From NCBI GenBank assembly GCA_028693085.1, contig JAQUWC010000001.1, positions 18,951 to 82,950 on the forward strand: a stretch of 64,000 bases of DNA, written 5' to 3'. The position numbers and the translations under genes are program-made. The notes below the pieces were generated by a model that was not told the DNA's origin, made no database searches, and saw only the letters and a list, made by a program, of their open reading frames with translations. Source of the stretch: Bacteroidales bacterium. Its GTDB lineage: Bacteria; Bacteroidota; Bacteroidia; Bacteroidales; WCHB1-69. The first letter of the stretch is position 1; every line of letters starts with the position of its first letter. Positions 37,524 to 46,854 of this stretch are shown piece after piece.

Positions 37524-37847
37524 TTATTCTTCCGGTCTTCTGAAATAGATTTGTTTATCCAAATACTCTTGAATCGCTGATAAAGTCGGCTTAGGCATTT
37601 GTTCATAGTGACGGGCTAAATCTATTTGCTCTCTGTTTTCGAGTATTTCTTCCATCGTATCACGACCTGTCGCAAATTCTTTCATCTTATCGGCAAGTTC
37701 CTCTTTCATATCTAAGGCAATCTGATTAGCTCTTTTGGAAATCACTACCACTGCTTCGTATAAATTACCGGTTTGTTCATCGAAAGTATTGATATCTCTG
37801 GTGATGGCTAAAGTATTTGTTTTATGCTTTTTATGATCCGTTGACAT
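37524..37847 (-). CDS. rpoZ: RNA polymerase omega subunit (Bacteroidota type)
   Basis: 107 aa. NLYEAVVVISKRANQI resembles the omega core. Conserved position between bamD and coaBC. Confidence 0.65.
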   Translation of the reverse strand: MSTDHKKHKTNTLAITRDINTFDEQTGNLYEAVVVISKRANQIALDMKEELADKMKEFATGRDTMEEILENREQIDLARHYEQMPKPTLSAIQEYLDKQIYFRRPEE

Positions 37848-37877
37848 AATATATTATTTATAATTTCTTAAATTTAC

Positions 37878-38759
37878 TTATTTATTTTCTGCTATTAACT
37901 TTGCGATTTTCTTTTCGGCATCTAAGGCCATTTTTTCGGCATCTGCTACATATTGTGATTGTGGGTATTTTGCTTGTAATTTATTTTTAACATCTATTAC
38001 TGCCTGAAAACGTTCCACCTTTTTATATTCCACACTCTTGGATGCATATTCATAATTATTTTTCACCCAAATAAAATATGCCTCTTCCATATAGGGGGAA
38101 TCTGGAAAATTCCTGCTTAAGTTTTGAAATGCCACTTGAGCTGATTTGTATTTTTCCGTCCTATAATACATTTCAGCAATGGAAAAATCTTTTTTCGCCA
38201 ATTTATTGCGTATAGCATCCATCATGGAATTTACTTCTTCTGTATATTTACTTGTCGGATAATAATTGACAAATAGCTCCAAATTATTCATTGCCAAATA
38301 AGAATCTGTTTGGTCTAAATTATAAGCCGGTGCATTCAAAAAATAGGCTTTGGCTCGTAAAAAGGCGGCTTCTTCGGCACGCAGACTTTGCGGATATTTT
38401 TTCATGTAATCGTTGAAATAATATGCAGCAATAAGATAGTCTTTGTTTTGATAATAACTACTTGCAAAGAAAAACAAGATGGAATCGCCTTGTTCGGTAG
38501 TCATAAATAAGGGATATATTTCTTCAAATAATTGAGAAGCCGTTAAATAAGCACCTTTATTGTAATAGGCTTTGGCTGCCTCATATTTAGCTTCTTTGGT
38601 CTTATATTTTCTGAATTTACGATTCGTGCTTTTGGTTTCCTTAGTCTTGATCGACTTTTCCTTACGATCCTTCGGTTTGCTTTGCTGTTGGGCAAACACA
38701 GGAATAACCATCATACTTAATGATAGTAATAAAAGACATACAAACTGTTTTTTAAACAT
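37878..38759 (-). CDS. bamD: Outer membrane protein assembly factor BamD (TPR lipoprotein)
   Basis: Start set at MFKKQFVCLLLLSL, the internal Met of the track ORF. TPR-like repeats: YYNKGAYLTA..., YYQNKDYLIAAYYF, YP.S.Y.EEA. Confidence 0.75.
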   Translation of the reverse strand: MFKKQFVCLLLLSLSMMVIPVFAQQQSKPKDRKEKSIKTKETKSTNRKFRKYKTKEAKYEAAKAYYNKGAYLTASQLFEEIYPLFMTTEQGDSILFFFASSYYQNKDYLIAAYYFNDYMKKYPQSLRAEEAAFLRAKAYFLNAPAYNLDQTDSYLAMNNLELFVNYYPTSKYTEEVNSMMDAIRNKLAKKDFSIAEMYYRTEKYKSAQVAFQNLSRNFPDSPYMEEAYFIWVKNNYEYASKSVEYKKVERFQAVIDVKNKLQAKYPQSQYVADAEKMALDAEKKIAKLIAENK

Positions 38760-39008
38760 TTGTAATTTTTCGATTTTAATTTTTAAAGCCTGCAAAAATA
38801 ACACTTTTTTTGATACCTATATAGTTTTTATTACATAAAATTATGTATTCATATAACTGTATCGATTCAGTTTTATTGTTCCAAAAAACAATAATTTCGA
38901 TTAGGAAAGACTAAAGAATGCGAAAGAAATCCCATATGCTCCACCGAATTTGATGAACACCTCGCCGTAAAGTAGGTATAAAAAATCATTTTTTAACATA
39001 TTTTTTTG

Positions 39009-39016
39009 TATTTTTG
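39009..39016 (+). promoter_or_regulatory. -7 promoter box TATTTTTG
   Basis: TAnnTTTG match 19 nt upstream of the ATG at 39035. Confidence 0.45.
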
Positions 39017-39034
39017 CACCTTAATTCTTAAAAA

Positions 39035-39268
39035 ATGGAAATTGTAAAGAAATACACCAACGGTGAGATAACCATAGTATGGAAACCTAAATTATGCACT
39101 TTTGCTACTTATTGTTTTAAATTAAGTCCGACTGTTTTTAAACCCAAAGAAAGACCTTGGATACAGCCCGAAAATGAATCAACTAAAAAAATGATTTCTA
39201 CTATCGAAAAATGTCCTTCCGGTGCCTTGACATATTACTATAATACAGAAAAACAATCTGATGAATAA
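39035..39268 (+). CDS. Small divergent (4Fe-4S) mono-cluster-like protein
   Basis: 77 aa with the pattern I.W.PK.C....C......VF.P..RPWI.P.........I..CPSGAL.Y, recalled from the Fer4_19-type family. Confidence 0.5.
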   Translation: MEIVKKYTNGEITIVWKPKLCTFATYCFKLSPTVFKPKERPWIQPENESTKKMISTIEKCPSGALTYYYNTEKQSDE

Positions 39269-39502
39269 GAGAGACTTTTGTTTTAATTCCCTATACATTC
39301 TTTTTTTTAATTTTTTTTAAAAACAAATTTTATTTTTCATATTTTATCTATTTTTGTGTGCAAAACAGCACGTGTACACTTTGATGATATGCACCATAAA
39401 ATTAAATATAATACACTTATTATAAAGGCAATACTAATTCTAATTTGATTTATTATGTATCAGAAAGTGCGGCGTCAGCACGATAAACTCTGACAATTCA
39501 TT

Positions 39503-40048
39503 ATGAAAACACCATGTATCTATTTTTCAGTATGTATTTTCTTATTAATGTTGACCTCCTGTGATAAAAAAGAAGATGTCGACGATAAAACTACGTATAC
39601 TAACATTACACGCTCTATCGTGTCCTGCATTTCCGACATTCACAATCAAAACCTTGCCGGAAGACCTACAGGTGCTCAAAACATGACAGTCGGTGGCCCC
39701 TTAGGAGGTGAGGTAATCATTGAAGGCTCTACCGGAGTAGCCGATAACGGAATATCCACCATGGATTTGAATTATACCTTAAGCGGTGTGAATTACATTT
39801 TTGTTTCTCAATATTATACGACTAATATCACCCTGAATGGAGTCATTAACGAAAAAGGCAGTTTTAATAGCGAAACACAATATGTGAGCATTAACTATAG
39901 TTCTAGTAATTTGCAAATAAGCGGTTCCATTTATTATTCCAAAAACGATAAAGTATCGCGCACCATCAACGAAAGTGGCAGTGTAAGCATTAATCGATCC
40001 TGGAGCACAACCAACGGGTATGTATTTGGACAAACCGTAACCTATTAA
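39503..40048 (+). CDS. Hypothetical lipoprotein, possibly surface exposed
   Basis: Lipobox LMLTSC-DKKEDVDD. The acidic residues just after the Cys resemble the Bacteroidota lipoprotein export signal. Confidence 0.5.
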   Translation: MKTPCIYFSVCIFLLMLTSCDKKEDVDDKTTYTNITRSIVSCISDIHNQNLAGRPTGAQNMTVGGPLGGEVIIEGSTGVADNGISTMDLNYTLSGVNYIFVSQYYTTNITLNGVINEKGSFNSETQYVSINYSSSNLQISGSIYYSKNDKVSRTINESGSVSINRSWSTTNGYVFGQTVTY

Positions 40049-40121
40049 CCGTCTTAATAAAATTTTCATGTGATTATCGAACTCAGTCTGATTTTTTATA
40101 ATTTTGTACGAAAACAAAGCC

Positions 40122-40613
40122 ATGACTGATTTCGCCTCTATAGATTTTGAAACCGCTAATCATCAATTGAGTAGTGTGTGCAGTGTAGGTGTAATCATCG
40201 TGCGACAGGGAATATGGGTAGATAAATTTTACAGTCTCATTAAACCCGAGCCAAACTATTATGCTCCCATTAACACAAGTGTCCATGGCTTACGCTATGA
40301 AAACACCGAACATGCTCATGTTTTTTCAGTGGTATGGAAGCAAATAGCCCCGCGCGTGGAAGGATTGACTTTGGTTGCGCATAACAAAGCCTTTGATGAA
40401 AATTGTTTAAAAGCCGCTTTTAAAACTTATTGTATGGATTATCCCGATTATACATTTTTATGTACATTAAGAGCAGCACGCAAGCATTTTCCCTATTTAT
40501 CAAATCATAAATTGCATACCGTTGCAGCTCAATGTGGATTTTACTTACACAATCACCATCATGCTTTGGCCGATGCCGAAGCCTGCGCAGCTATTGCTAA
40601 ACTTATTTTATAG
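40122..40613 (+). CDS. DEDDh 3'-5' exonuclease (DNA pol III epsilon-like)
   Basis: MTDFASIDFETAN (ExoI), VAHNKAFDENCL (ExoII), HHALADAEACA (ExoIII). A TAATTTTG box lies at 40099-40106, so the ATG at 40122 is preferred over the TTG at 40104. Confidence 0.75.
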   Translation: MTDFASIDFETANHQLSSVCSVGVIIVRQGIWVDKFYSLIKPEPNYYAPINTSVHGLRYENTEHAHVFSVVWKQIAPRVEGLTLVAHNKAFDENCLKAAFKTYCMDYPDYTFLCTLRAARKHFPYLSNHKLHTVAAQCGFYLHNHHHALADAEACAAIAKLIL

Positions 40614-40639
40614 AGAATAAATAATGATTTAACTAACAT

Positions 40640-40942
40640 ATGGATAATAATCTCGCTAAGGTTCAATGGTATATAGTAGATCGAAGAGGAATGTTATATA
40701 TAGAAGAAGTAGGTGAAAAAATTGCCGTGATGACTTTTCAGTATGCAGACGAACAACACATTATTGTTGACCATACTCACGTAGACGGCGCATATAGAAA
40801 TATGGGCTATGCCAAACTTTTATTACATCACATGCTTCAATTTGCAGAAGAAAATCATCTGATTATCATTCCTCAATGTTCGTTTGTCAAAGCAGCCTTA
40901 AGCCGTAATTCGACAGAAAGCACACAAAGTAATGAAAGTTGA
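40640..40942 (+). CDS. Small GNAT-like N-acetyltransferase (YjdJ type)
   Basis: 100 aa. HTHVDGAYRNMGYAKLLL...A......I.P.CSF resembles the single-domain GNAT_YJDJ pattern. Confidence 0.55.
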   Translation: MDNNLAKVQWYIVDRRGMLYIEEVGEKIAVMTFQYADEQHIIVDHTHVDGAYRNMGYAKLLLHHMLQFAEENHLIIIPQCSFVKAALSRNSTESTQSNES

Positions 40943-41010
40943 TATCTGTGAATTATCGAATATAAATCTATAATATGTTTCTACCATTCAATGACAAAAT
41001 TAATCAAGCA

Positions 41011-42897
41011 TTATTCTTTTTCGCTGAGTTCTAACCAACGATTGCATTGTTGATTTAGCTCTTCGCAAAGAGCGGAATAGCGTTTAGAGATAGTTTCTAT
41101 ATTCTCTGCATATTCGGCCGGTGATGATAATATATCATTTAATTCTATCTTTTCACGCTCCAATTCGTTGATAGAGGCTTCCAAGGCCTCGAATTCCTTA
41201 CGTTCTTTGTAAGTCATTTTAGAGGAGGACGTTTGCGAAGGGCTTTGTGTGTTTTTGGGTTTATCTGCTTTAGCTCTTAATCGATTCCCTTTCTCAATCC
41301 ATACTTTTTGTTCTTTATAGCGGGTGTAATTTCCGTAAAAGTCTTTTATCATTCCATTATTTTCAAAAATAAAAAGATGATCCACCAATTTATCCATAAA
41401 CCAACGGTCGTGGGAGACCACCAACAAACAACCCGTAAAATTCAATAAGAAATCTTCGAGTAAATGCAGGGTTTCTATATCGAAATCGTTTGTAGGTTCG
41501 TCTAAAAGTAAAAAATTTGGATTGGTCAGTAAGACGAGCAGTAAGTAAAATTTGCGCTTCTGTCCTCCGCTTAAGTTATCGTAATAAGTATATTGTGTTT
41601 GGTAAGAAAATCCAAAATGATTTAAAAAGCGGGATGCCGATAGGTAATTTCCATTAGAGGTTTGAATAACTTCGGCTTTTTCTTCTATGATATCTATCAG
41701 CCGTTTGCCGTAACAATCGGACGGAAGTCCGTCTTGGTCGTAATATCCGAAAATGATGGTTTCGCCTTTCACTATACGGCCGGCCGTTGGACGAAGCTGC
41801 TGCACGATAAGTTTTAATAAAGTAGATTTGCCACATCCGTTGGGACCGACAATGCCGCATCGTTCTCCTTTTTTGAATACATATGAAAAATCTTTTATAA
41901 TTGCACGTTCATCATAGTAGAAATCGAGGTTGTTAATCTCTAAGATTTTATTTCCAATCCTTTCGGTTTTGACGGAAAAACTTGTATGGGTATCATGGGT
42001 TGCTTGTAAGGCTTTTTGCTTGATTTCTTCAAAACTGTCAATACGAGCTTTTGCTTTCGTTGTACGTGCTTGAGGGCTCGCACGCATCCATTCCAATTCT
42101 TTGCGATATAAAGCTTTGGCATGCTCTACCTCTGCTGACTGATTGGCAATGCGTTCGGCTTTCTTTTCTAAATAATAGGAATATTTTCCCTTATAGCGAT
42201 ATAACTTTGTTTGATCTAATTCCAATATATCGTCACAAATTTTATCGAGAAAAAAACGATCGTGAGTAACCATTAAAAGGGTAATATTTGCCTGTGATAA
42301 ATAGCCTTCTAACCATTCAATCATTTCAATATCCAAATGATTGGTAGGCTCATCCAATATCAGCATTTCCGATTCGGATAATAAGGTTTGTGCCAAAATA
42401 ACTTTTTTGCGCTCTCCTCCCGATAGGATATTAAAATCAGAAAATATATCGTGGATATCAAAACGCGACAATATATCTTTGATCCGACTCTCATAATTCC
42501 AAGCGGCTAATGCATCCATTTTTTCTATGGACAGCTCCATGCATTTACGATTCTCTGAGTTTTCGTGCAGACTATAGGCATTCATCGCATCTTCGTATGC
42601 TTTAATTGTATGTATTAAAGGAGTATCGCTATTTAAAATGATATCCAGAATCCGTTGCTCTTTCATGGCATCAGTATGTTGAGGCAGGTATGCAATGTGT
42701 ATATCTTTTCGAAAAGTAATAGTCCCTTCATCAGGCACATCCAAACCCATTATAATATTTAATAAGCTTGACTTTCCGGCGCCGTTTTTAGCAATCAATG
42801 CCGTCTTCTGGCCTTTTTCTATGCCAAAGGTTAGTTTATCCAAAAGAAGTTGTTCGCCGTAACTTTTACTTAGGTTTTCTATACTTAGTAGATTCAT
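41011..42897 (-). CDS. ABC-F family ATPase (two ABC domains plus C-terminal coiled coil)
   Basis: Two Walker A motifs (AKNGAGKSS, GPNGCGKST), two LSGG signatures (LSGGERKK, LSGGQKRK), and no TM domain. Start set at MNLLSIENLSKSYG. Confidence 0.85.
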   Translation of the reverse strand: MNLLSIENLSKSYGEQLLLDKLTFGIEKGQKTALIAKNGAGKSSLLNIIMGLDVPDEGTITFRKDIHIAYLPQHTDAMKEQRILDIILNSDTPLIHTIKAYEDAMNAYSLHENSENRKCMELSIEKMDALAAWNYESRIKDILSRFDIHDIFSDFNILSGGERKKVILAQTLLSESEMLILDEPTNHLDIEMIEWLEGYLSQANITLLMVTHDRFFLDKICDDILELDQTKLYRYKGKYSYYLEKKAERIANQSAEVEHAKALYRKELEWMRASPQARTTKAKARIDSFEEIKQKALQATHDTHTSFSVKTERIGNKILEINNLDFYYDERAIIKDFSYVFKKGERCGIVGPNGCGKSTLLKLIVQQLRPTAGRIVKGETIIFGYYDQDGLPSDCYGKRLIDIIEEKAEVIQTSNGNYLSASRFLNHFGFSYQTQYTYYDNLSGGQKRKFYLLLVLLTNPNFLLLDEPTNDFDIETLHLLEDFLLNFTGCLLVVSHDRWFMDKLVDHLFIFENNGMIKDFYGNYTRYKEQKVWIEKGNRLRAKADKPKNTQSPSQTSSSKMTYKERKEFEALEASINELEREKIELNDILSSPAEYAENIETISKRYSALCEELNQQCNRWLELSEKE

Positions 42898-43088
42898 TGT
42901 CGGAAATTGTTGAGCAAATGTACACAATATTGTGTTATCCAATAACGAAAACTTATGTCAAACTATTTTACTCCCTACATCCCAAATTTATTTTATGTGT
43001 AGTTGCTTTTCGTGATAGCTGTTTTCATTTTATTTTTTAGTGTATTACATCCATTTTCTTTCGTTACGATTTTTTTTTCTCCCAATAG

Positions 43089-43185
43089 CCTTTTGTTTGG
43101 GTGCGCACCCAAATGAAATTTTGTGCCTTCTCGTTATATTTTTATAATTATAAAAAATCGTTTGGGTGCGCACCCAAACAAAAAG
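43089..43185. repeat. Nested palindrome element: two copies of the perfect 18-bp palindrome TTTGGGTGCGCACCCAAA within 23-bp perfect inverted repeats, flanking a 47-bp AT-rich spacer
   Basis: 43091-43113 (TTTTGTTTGGGTGCGCACCCAAA) is the exact reverse complement of 43161-43183. The spacer contains a third perfect 18-bp palindrome, TTTTTATAATTATAAAAA (43139-43156). Confidence 0.85.
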
Positions 43186-43354
43186 GAGTCCCGTGTCGTT
43201 TTAAAGCTATCCCTTTTAATTCTAGCTAACATATTATGGGATATTGATATTTTACGCAGCTAATCTATATAGTATGTCGGAGATTTGAATGTATACCAAG
43301 CCCATAAAATTGAATTTAGTTAAAAAAAAGATAGTATTGTGATATATTTTTTTA

Positions 43355-43362
43355 TACTTTTG
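43355..43362 (+). promoter_or_regulatory. -7 promoter box TACTTTTG for metK
   Basis: TAnnTTTG match 137 nt upstream of the metK ATG, implying a leader of about 130 nt. Confidence 0.45.
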
Positions 43363-43498
43363 CATGCACTAAAAAAGTGGATAGATTTGATTTGATTGCA
43401 ACCACTAAAAAATGCTAAAACAATAACATTTCTCTCAGTCATTTCACTTTATTCATCTTTTTTTAAATTTATGAATATTAATTTAAAAAATAAAAAAA

Positions 43499-44836
43499 AT
43501 GGCTTATTTATTTACATCCGAATCCGTTTCGGAAGGGCATCCCGACAAAATATCGGATCAAATATCAGATGCATTATTAGATGAATTTCTTCGTCACGAC
43601 CCTCAGTCGAAAGTGGCATGCGAGACATTGGTAACCACGGGTTTGGTGGTGTGTGCCGGTGAAGTGAGGACAAATAGTTATATCGATATACAACGTGTTG
43701 CGCGCAATGTGATTGAACAAATCGGTTATACCAAAGGAGAATATATGTTTGAAAGCAATTCCTGCGGTGTGATTTCAGCCATACATGAACAATCGCCTGA
43801 TATTTATCAAGGAGTAGATCGTGAGGACATAGAAAACCAAGGAGCCGGTGATCAAGGTATGATGTTCGGTTATGCCGTGAAAGAAATGGATAATTTAATG
43901 CCTTTGCCTATCGAATTGGCGCATATTTTTATGCAAGAATTAGCCGCCATACGCAAAGAAGGTAAGAAAATGAAATACCTTCGTCCCGATTCCAAATCGC
44001 AAATCACTGTAGAATACAATGCCAAAGGTGTTCCTGTGAAAATAAACACCATTATCATTTCCACTCAGCACGATGAATTTGTCAAAGCTGAGAATCAAAG
44101 CAAAAAAGCCCAAGATGTGGCTGATACTAAAATGTTAGAAACCATAAAAACAGATGTGGAAAAGGTATTAATCCCTCGTGTTAAGAGCGTTTGTCCTCCC
44201 CATATTCGTCGTTTATTTAAAGGAGATTACAACTTATATGTAAATCCTACCGGTAAGTTTGTTATTGGTGGTCCTCACGGCGACACGGGACTCACTGGAC
44301 GAAAAATCATTGTCGACACCTACGGGGGAAAAGGAGCACATGGTGGAGGTGCTTTTTCGGGGAAAGACTCTTCGAAAGTGGATCGTTCGGCGGCTTATGC
44401 CGCCCGTCATATTGCCAAAAATGTCGTTGCGGCAGGAATAGCGAAAGAAGCTTTGGTGCAAGTAGCCTATGCTATCGGCATAGCCCGTCCGGTGGGAGTA
44501 TTTGTAAATACATATAATAGCTGTTTAATAAAAGATAAAAACGGGAAAAAAGTATCCGATGGTATCATAGCCGAAAAAGTAATGGAGCTCTTCGATTTAC
44601 GTCCTTATGCCATTATTCAACGTTTCGGATTGCAAAACCCTATTTTCCAACCGACAGCAACCTACGGCCATTTTGGAAGAGATTGTTATAAGCAAGAAGT
44701 TGAAGTGTTTTATAAAGACAAAAACACGAAAACAAAAATCGTTAACGGTCAGGAAAAGTATTTCAAAGAAGTGGAATTCTTTGCTTGGGAAAAGGTAGAC
44801 TATGTCGAAAAATTAAAAAAGGCATTTGATATATAG
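43499..44836 (+). CDS. metK: S-adenosylmethionine synthetase
   Basis: [28 protein letters not shown]...[12 protein letters not shown]...[21 protein letters not shown]...[18 protein letters not shown]. Confidence 0.95.
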   Translation: MAYLFTSESVSEGHPDKISDQISDALLDEFLRHDPQSKVACETLVTTGLVVCAGEVRTNSYIDIQRVARNVIEQIGYTKGEYMFESNSCGVISAIHEQSPDIYQGVDREDIENQGAGDQGMMFGYAVKEMDNLMPLPIELAHIFMQELAAIRKEGKKMKYLRPDSKSQITVEYNAKGVPVKINTIIISTQHDEFVKAENQSKKAQDVADTKMLETIKTDVEKVLIPRVKSVCPPHIRRLFKGDYNLYVNPTGKFVIGGPHGDTGLTGRKIIVDTYGGKGAHGGGAFSGKDSSKVDRSAAYAARHIAKNVVAAGIAKEALVQVAYAIGIARPVGVFVNTYNSCLIKDKNGKKVSDGIIAEKVMELFDLRPYAIIQRFGLQNPIFQPTATYGHFGRDCYKQEVEVFYKDKNTKTKIVNGQEKYFKEVEFFAWEKVDYVEKLKKAFDI

Positions 44837-44856
44837 GATTCTTTTGCCTTTTTTTT
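44815..44856 (+). terminator. Rho-independent terminator of metK
   Basis: AAAAAAGGCA-(20 nt)-TGCCTTTTTT followed by further T residues. It overlaps the last codons of metK. Confidence 0.5.
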
Positions 44857-44909
44857 CCTACGAACGAATAAATAGTAAGAAATAAATGTTATTTCTTCAA
44901 TTATTTTTA

Positions 44910-44917
44910 TACTTTTG
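44910..44917 (+). promoter_or_regulatory. -7 promoter box TACTTTTG
   Basis: TAnnTTTG match 27 nt upstream of the ATG at 44944. Confidence 0.45.
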
Positions 44918-44943
44918 TCGTCTAAAATTTAATATCATTCAAA

Positions 44944-46842
44944 ATGGAAATTACAAGAACATTTGAATTATTAGACTGGATATCCGAAAAATATCAAAAA
45001 AACGATATCCTTGCAGGAAAAAAAGACGGAGAATGGATAAAATACAGCGTAACCGATTATATAAAGTATGCTACATTAATGAGTTATGGCTTTTACGAAA
45101 TAGGATTGCGTAAAGCCGATAAGGTAGTTACCATCACAAATAATCGGCCGGAATTTAATATTATCGACATGGCGTTGAGTATGATAGGAGTTATTCATGT
45201 GCCTATCTATCCAACCTTAAATCCCAGTGAATATGAAGTTATCATTAATCATTCCGATGCAAAAGTTATGATTATTGGTACTCAATCCATATATAATCGG
45301 ATTGTTCCTATCGTCGACAAATTGCAAAACAATCCGGTTATTTATACATTAGATAAAATCGCGAAGGAAAAAGAACTGTACGACATTCTTAAATTAGGGA
45401 TACTAAACCGTAAAAAGAATGCGGATATTATCCATGAAATTAAAAAGACCATAACCCCCGATGATGTAGCTACCATTATTTATACGTCGGGAACTACCGG
45501 CGCTCCGAAAGGAGTGATGCTTTCGCACAAAAATATTATTTCAAATTTTACCGCTCATGCCGAAGCCCAACCCTTAAATCATAATCATAGAATAGTGAGC
45601 TTTTTGCCATTGTGTCATATCTATGAACGAAGCATGAATTATGAATATCAATATTTGGGAGTAAGTGTATATTATGCCGAAAGTTTAGCTACCATTGCCG
45701 CGGACATCTTGGACGTAAAAGCCCATGGTTTTTGTGCGGTTCCCAGAATTTTAGAAATGGTTTATGACAAGTTTATAGCTGCCGGAAAAGATTTAACCGG
45801 GATAAAAAAAATCATTTATTCGCTTGCTATTTATCACGGACATAAATATGATATGAACAAAGGAGCCTTTTATGTCTTTTGGCAAAAATTATTTGATAAA
45901 CTGGTATACGTAAAGTGGCGTGAAAAACTCGGTGGCAATAAAATGGCTATCGTATGCGGAAGCTCCGCAGTGAGAGAGAAAATAGTACGTTTGTTTCATG
46001 CGGCAGGTTTGGAGATATACGAAGGCTACGGCCTTTCCGAAACCTCTCCCGTAATTTCCGTAAATAGCCCTACGACCAAGCAAATTAAATTGGGAACAGT
46101 AGGGCCTATTCTGAAAGGAGTGGAAGTGAAGATTGCCGACGACGGCGAAATCCTTACCAAAAGTCCTTCACTGATGTTAGGCTATTATAAGGACCCCGAA
46201 TATACCAAACAAGTGATTGACAGTGATGGATGGTTTCATACGGGAGATATTGGTATGTTTGTCGATAATAAATATTTGAAAATTACCGACAGAAAGAAAG
46301 AGATTTTTAAACTATCGTCTGGAAAGTATATTGCACCCCAAATGATTGAAAACAAATTGAAAGAGTCTCCATTAATTACAGATATTATGGTGATAGGCGA
46401 GAATGAAAAATTTGCTTCGGCTATCATTTCACCTAATTTTAATTATTTGCATTTTTGGGCCGGAAAACACAAAATTCATTATAGAGACAACGCGGAATTA
46501 ATACTTCATCCCGAAACCGTTAAACGCTTTCAAAAAGAAATCGATACTTTTTGCAAAGCACTGGCGCCCTATGAACAAATAAAATGTTTCCGATTGGTCG
46601 AAGATGAATGGAGCCCGCAAACAGGAGAACTTTCGCCTACCTTAAAGCTTAAACGCAATGTTTTAACAAAAAAATATAAAGCAATTATTGATCAAATATA
46701 TAATAAAACTACTCCTTCAAGTGGTCATGGATTTAGTTTGAAACAAATCAATCTGTCATTGATTCAATTGAAATCGACCATCGATTCAGCCATCAAGAAA
46801 AACACCGACACCCATAAGTCCGATAATAATAATATTGACTAA
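44944..46842 (+). CDS. Long-chain fatty acid--CoA ligase (AMP-binding), paralog 1
   Basis: IIYTSGTTGAPKGVMLSH (AMP-binding P-loop), EGYGLSETSP, GWFHTGDIG, ELSPTLKLKR. Carries an extra ~40-aa C-terminal tail relative to paralog 2. Confidence 0.85.
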   Translation: MEITRTFELLDWISEKYQKNDILAGKKDGEWIKYSVTDYIKYATLMSYGFYEIGLRKADKVVTITNNRPEFNIIDMALSMIGVIHVPIYPTLNPSEYEVIINHSDAKVMIIGTQSIYNRIVPIVDKLQNNPVIYTLDKIAKEKELYDILKLGILNRKKNADIIHEIKKTITPDDVATIIYTSGTTGAPKGVMLSHKNIISNFTAHAEAQPLNHNHRIVSFLPLCHIYERSMNYEYQYLGVSVYYAESLATIAADILDVKAHGFCAVPRILEMVYDKFIAAGKDLTGIKKIIYSLAIYHGHKYDMNKGAFYVFWQKLFDKLVYVKWREKLGGNKMAIVCGSSAVREKIVRLFHAAGLEIYEGYGLSETSPVISVNSPTTKQIKLGTVGPILKGVEVKIADDGEILTKSPSLMLGYYKDPEYTKQVIDSDGWFHTGDIGMFVDNKYLKITDRKKEIFKLSSGKYIAPQMIENKLKESPLITDIMVIGENEKFASAIISPNFNYLHFWAGKHKIHYRDNAELILHPETVKRFQKEIDTFCKALAPYEQIKCFRLVEDEWSPQTGELSPTLKLKRNVLTKKYKAIIDQIYNKTTPSSGHGFSLKQINLSLIQLKSTIDSAIKKNTDTHKSDNNNID

Positions 46843-46854
46843 TAAATACTTAAT

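Noticed and set aside
42798-43040. 80-aa plus-strand ORF spanning the ABC-F start region
   Set aside because: It is antisense to the conserved ABC-F N-terminus, runs into low-complexity intergenic DNA, and has no recognisable motifs.
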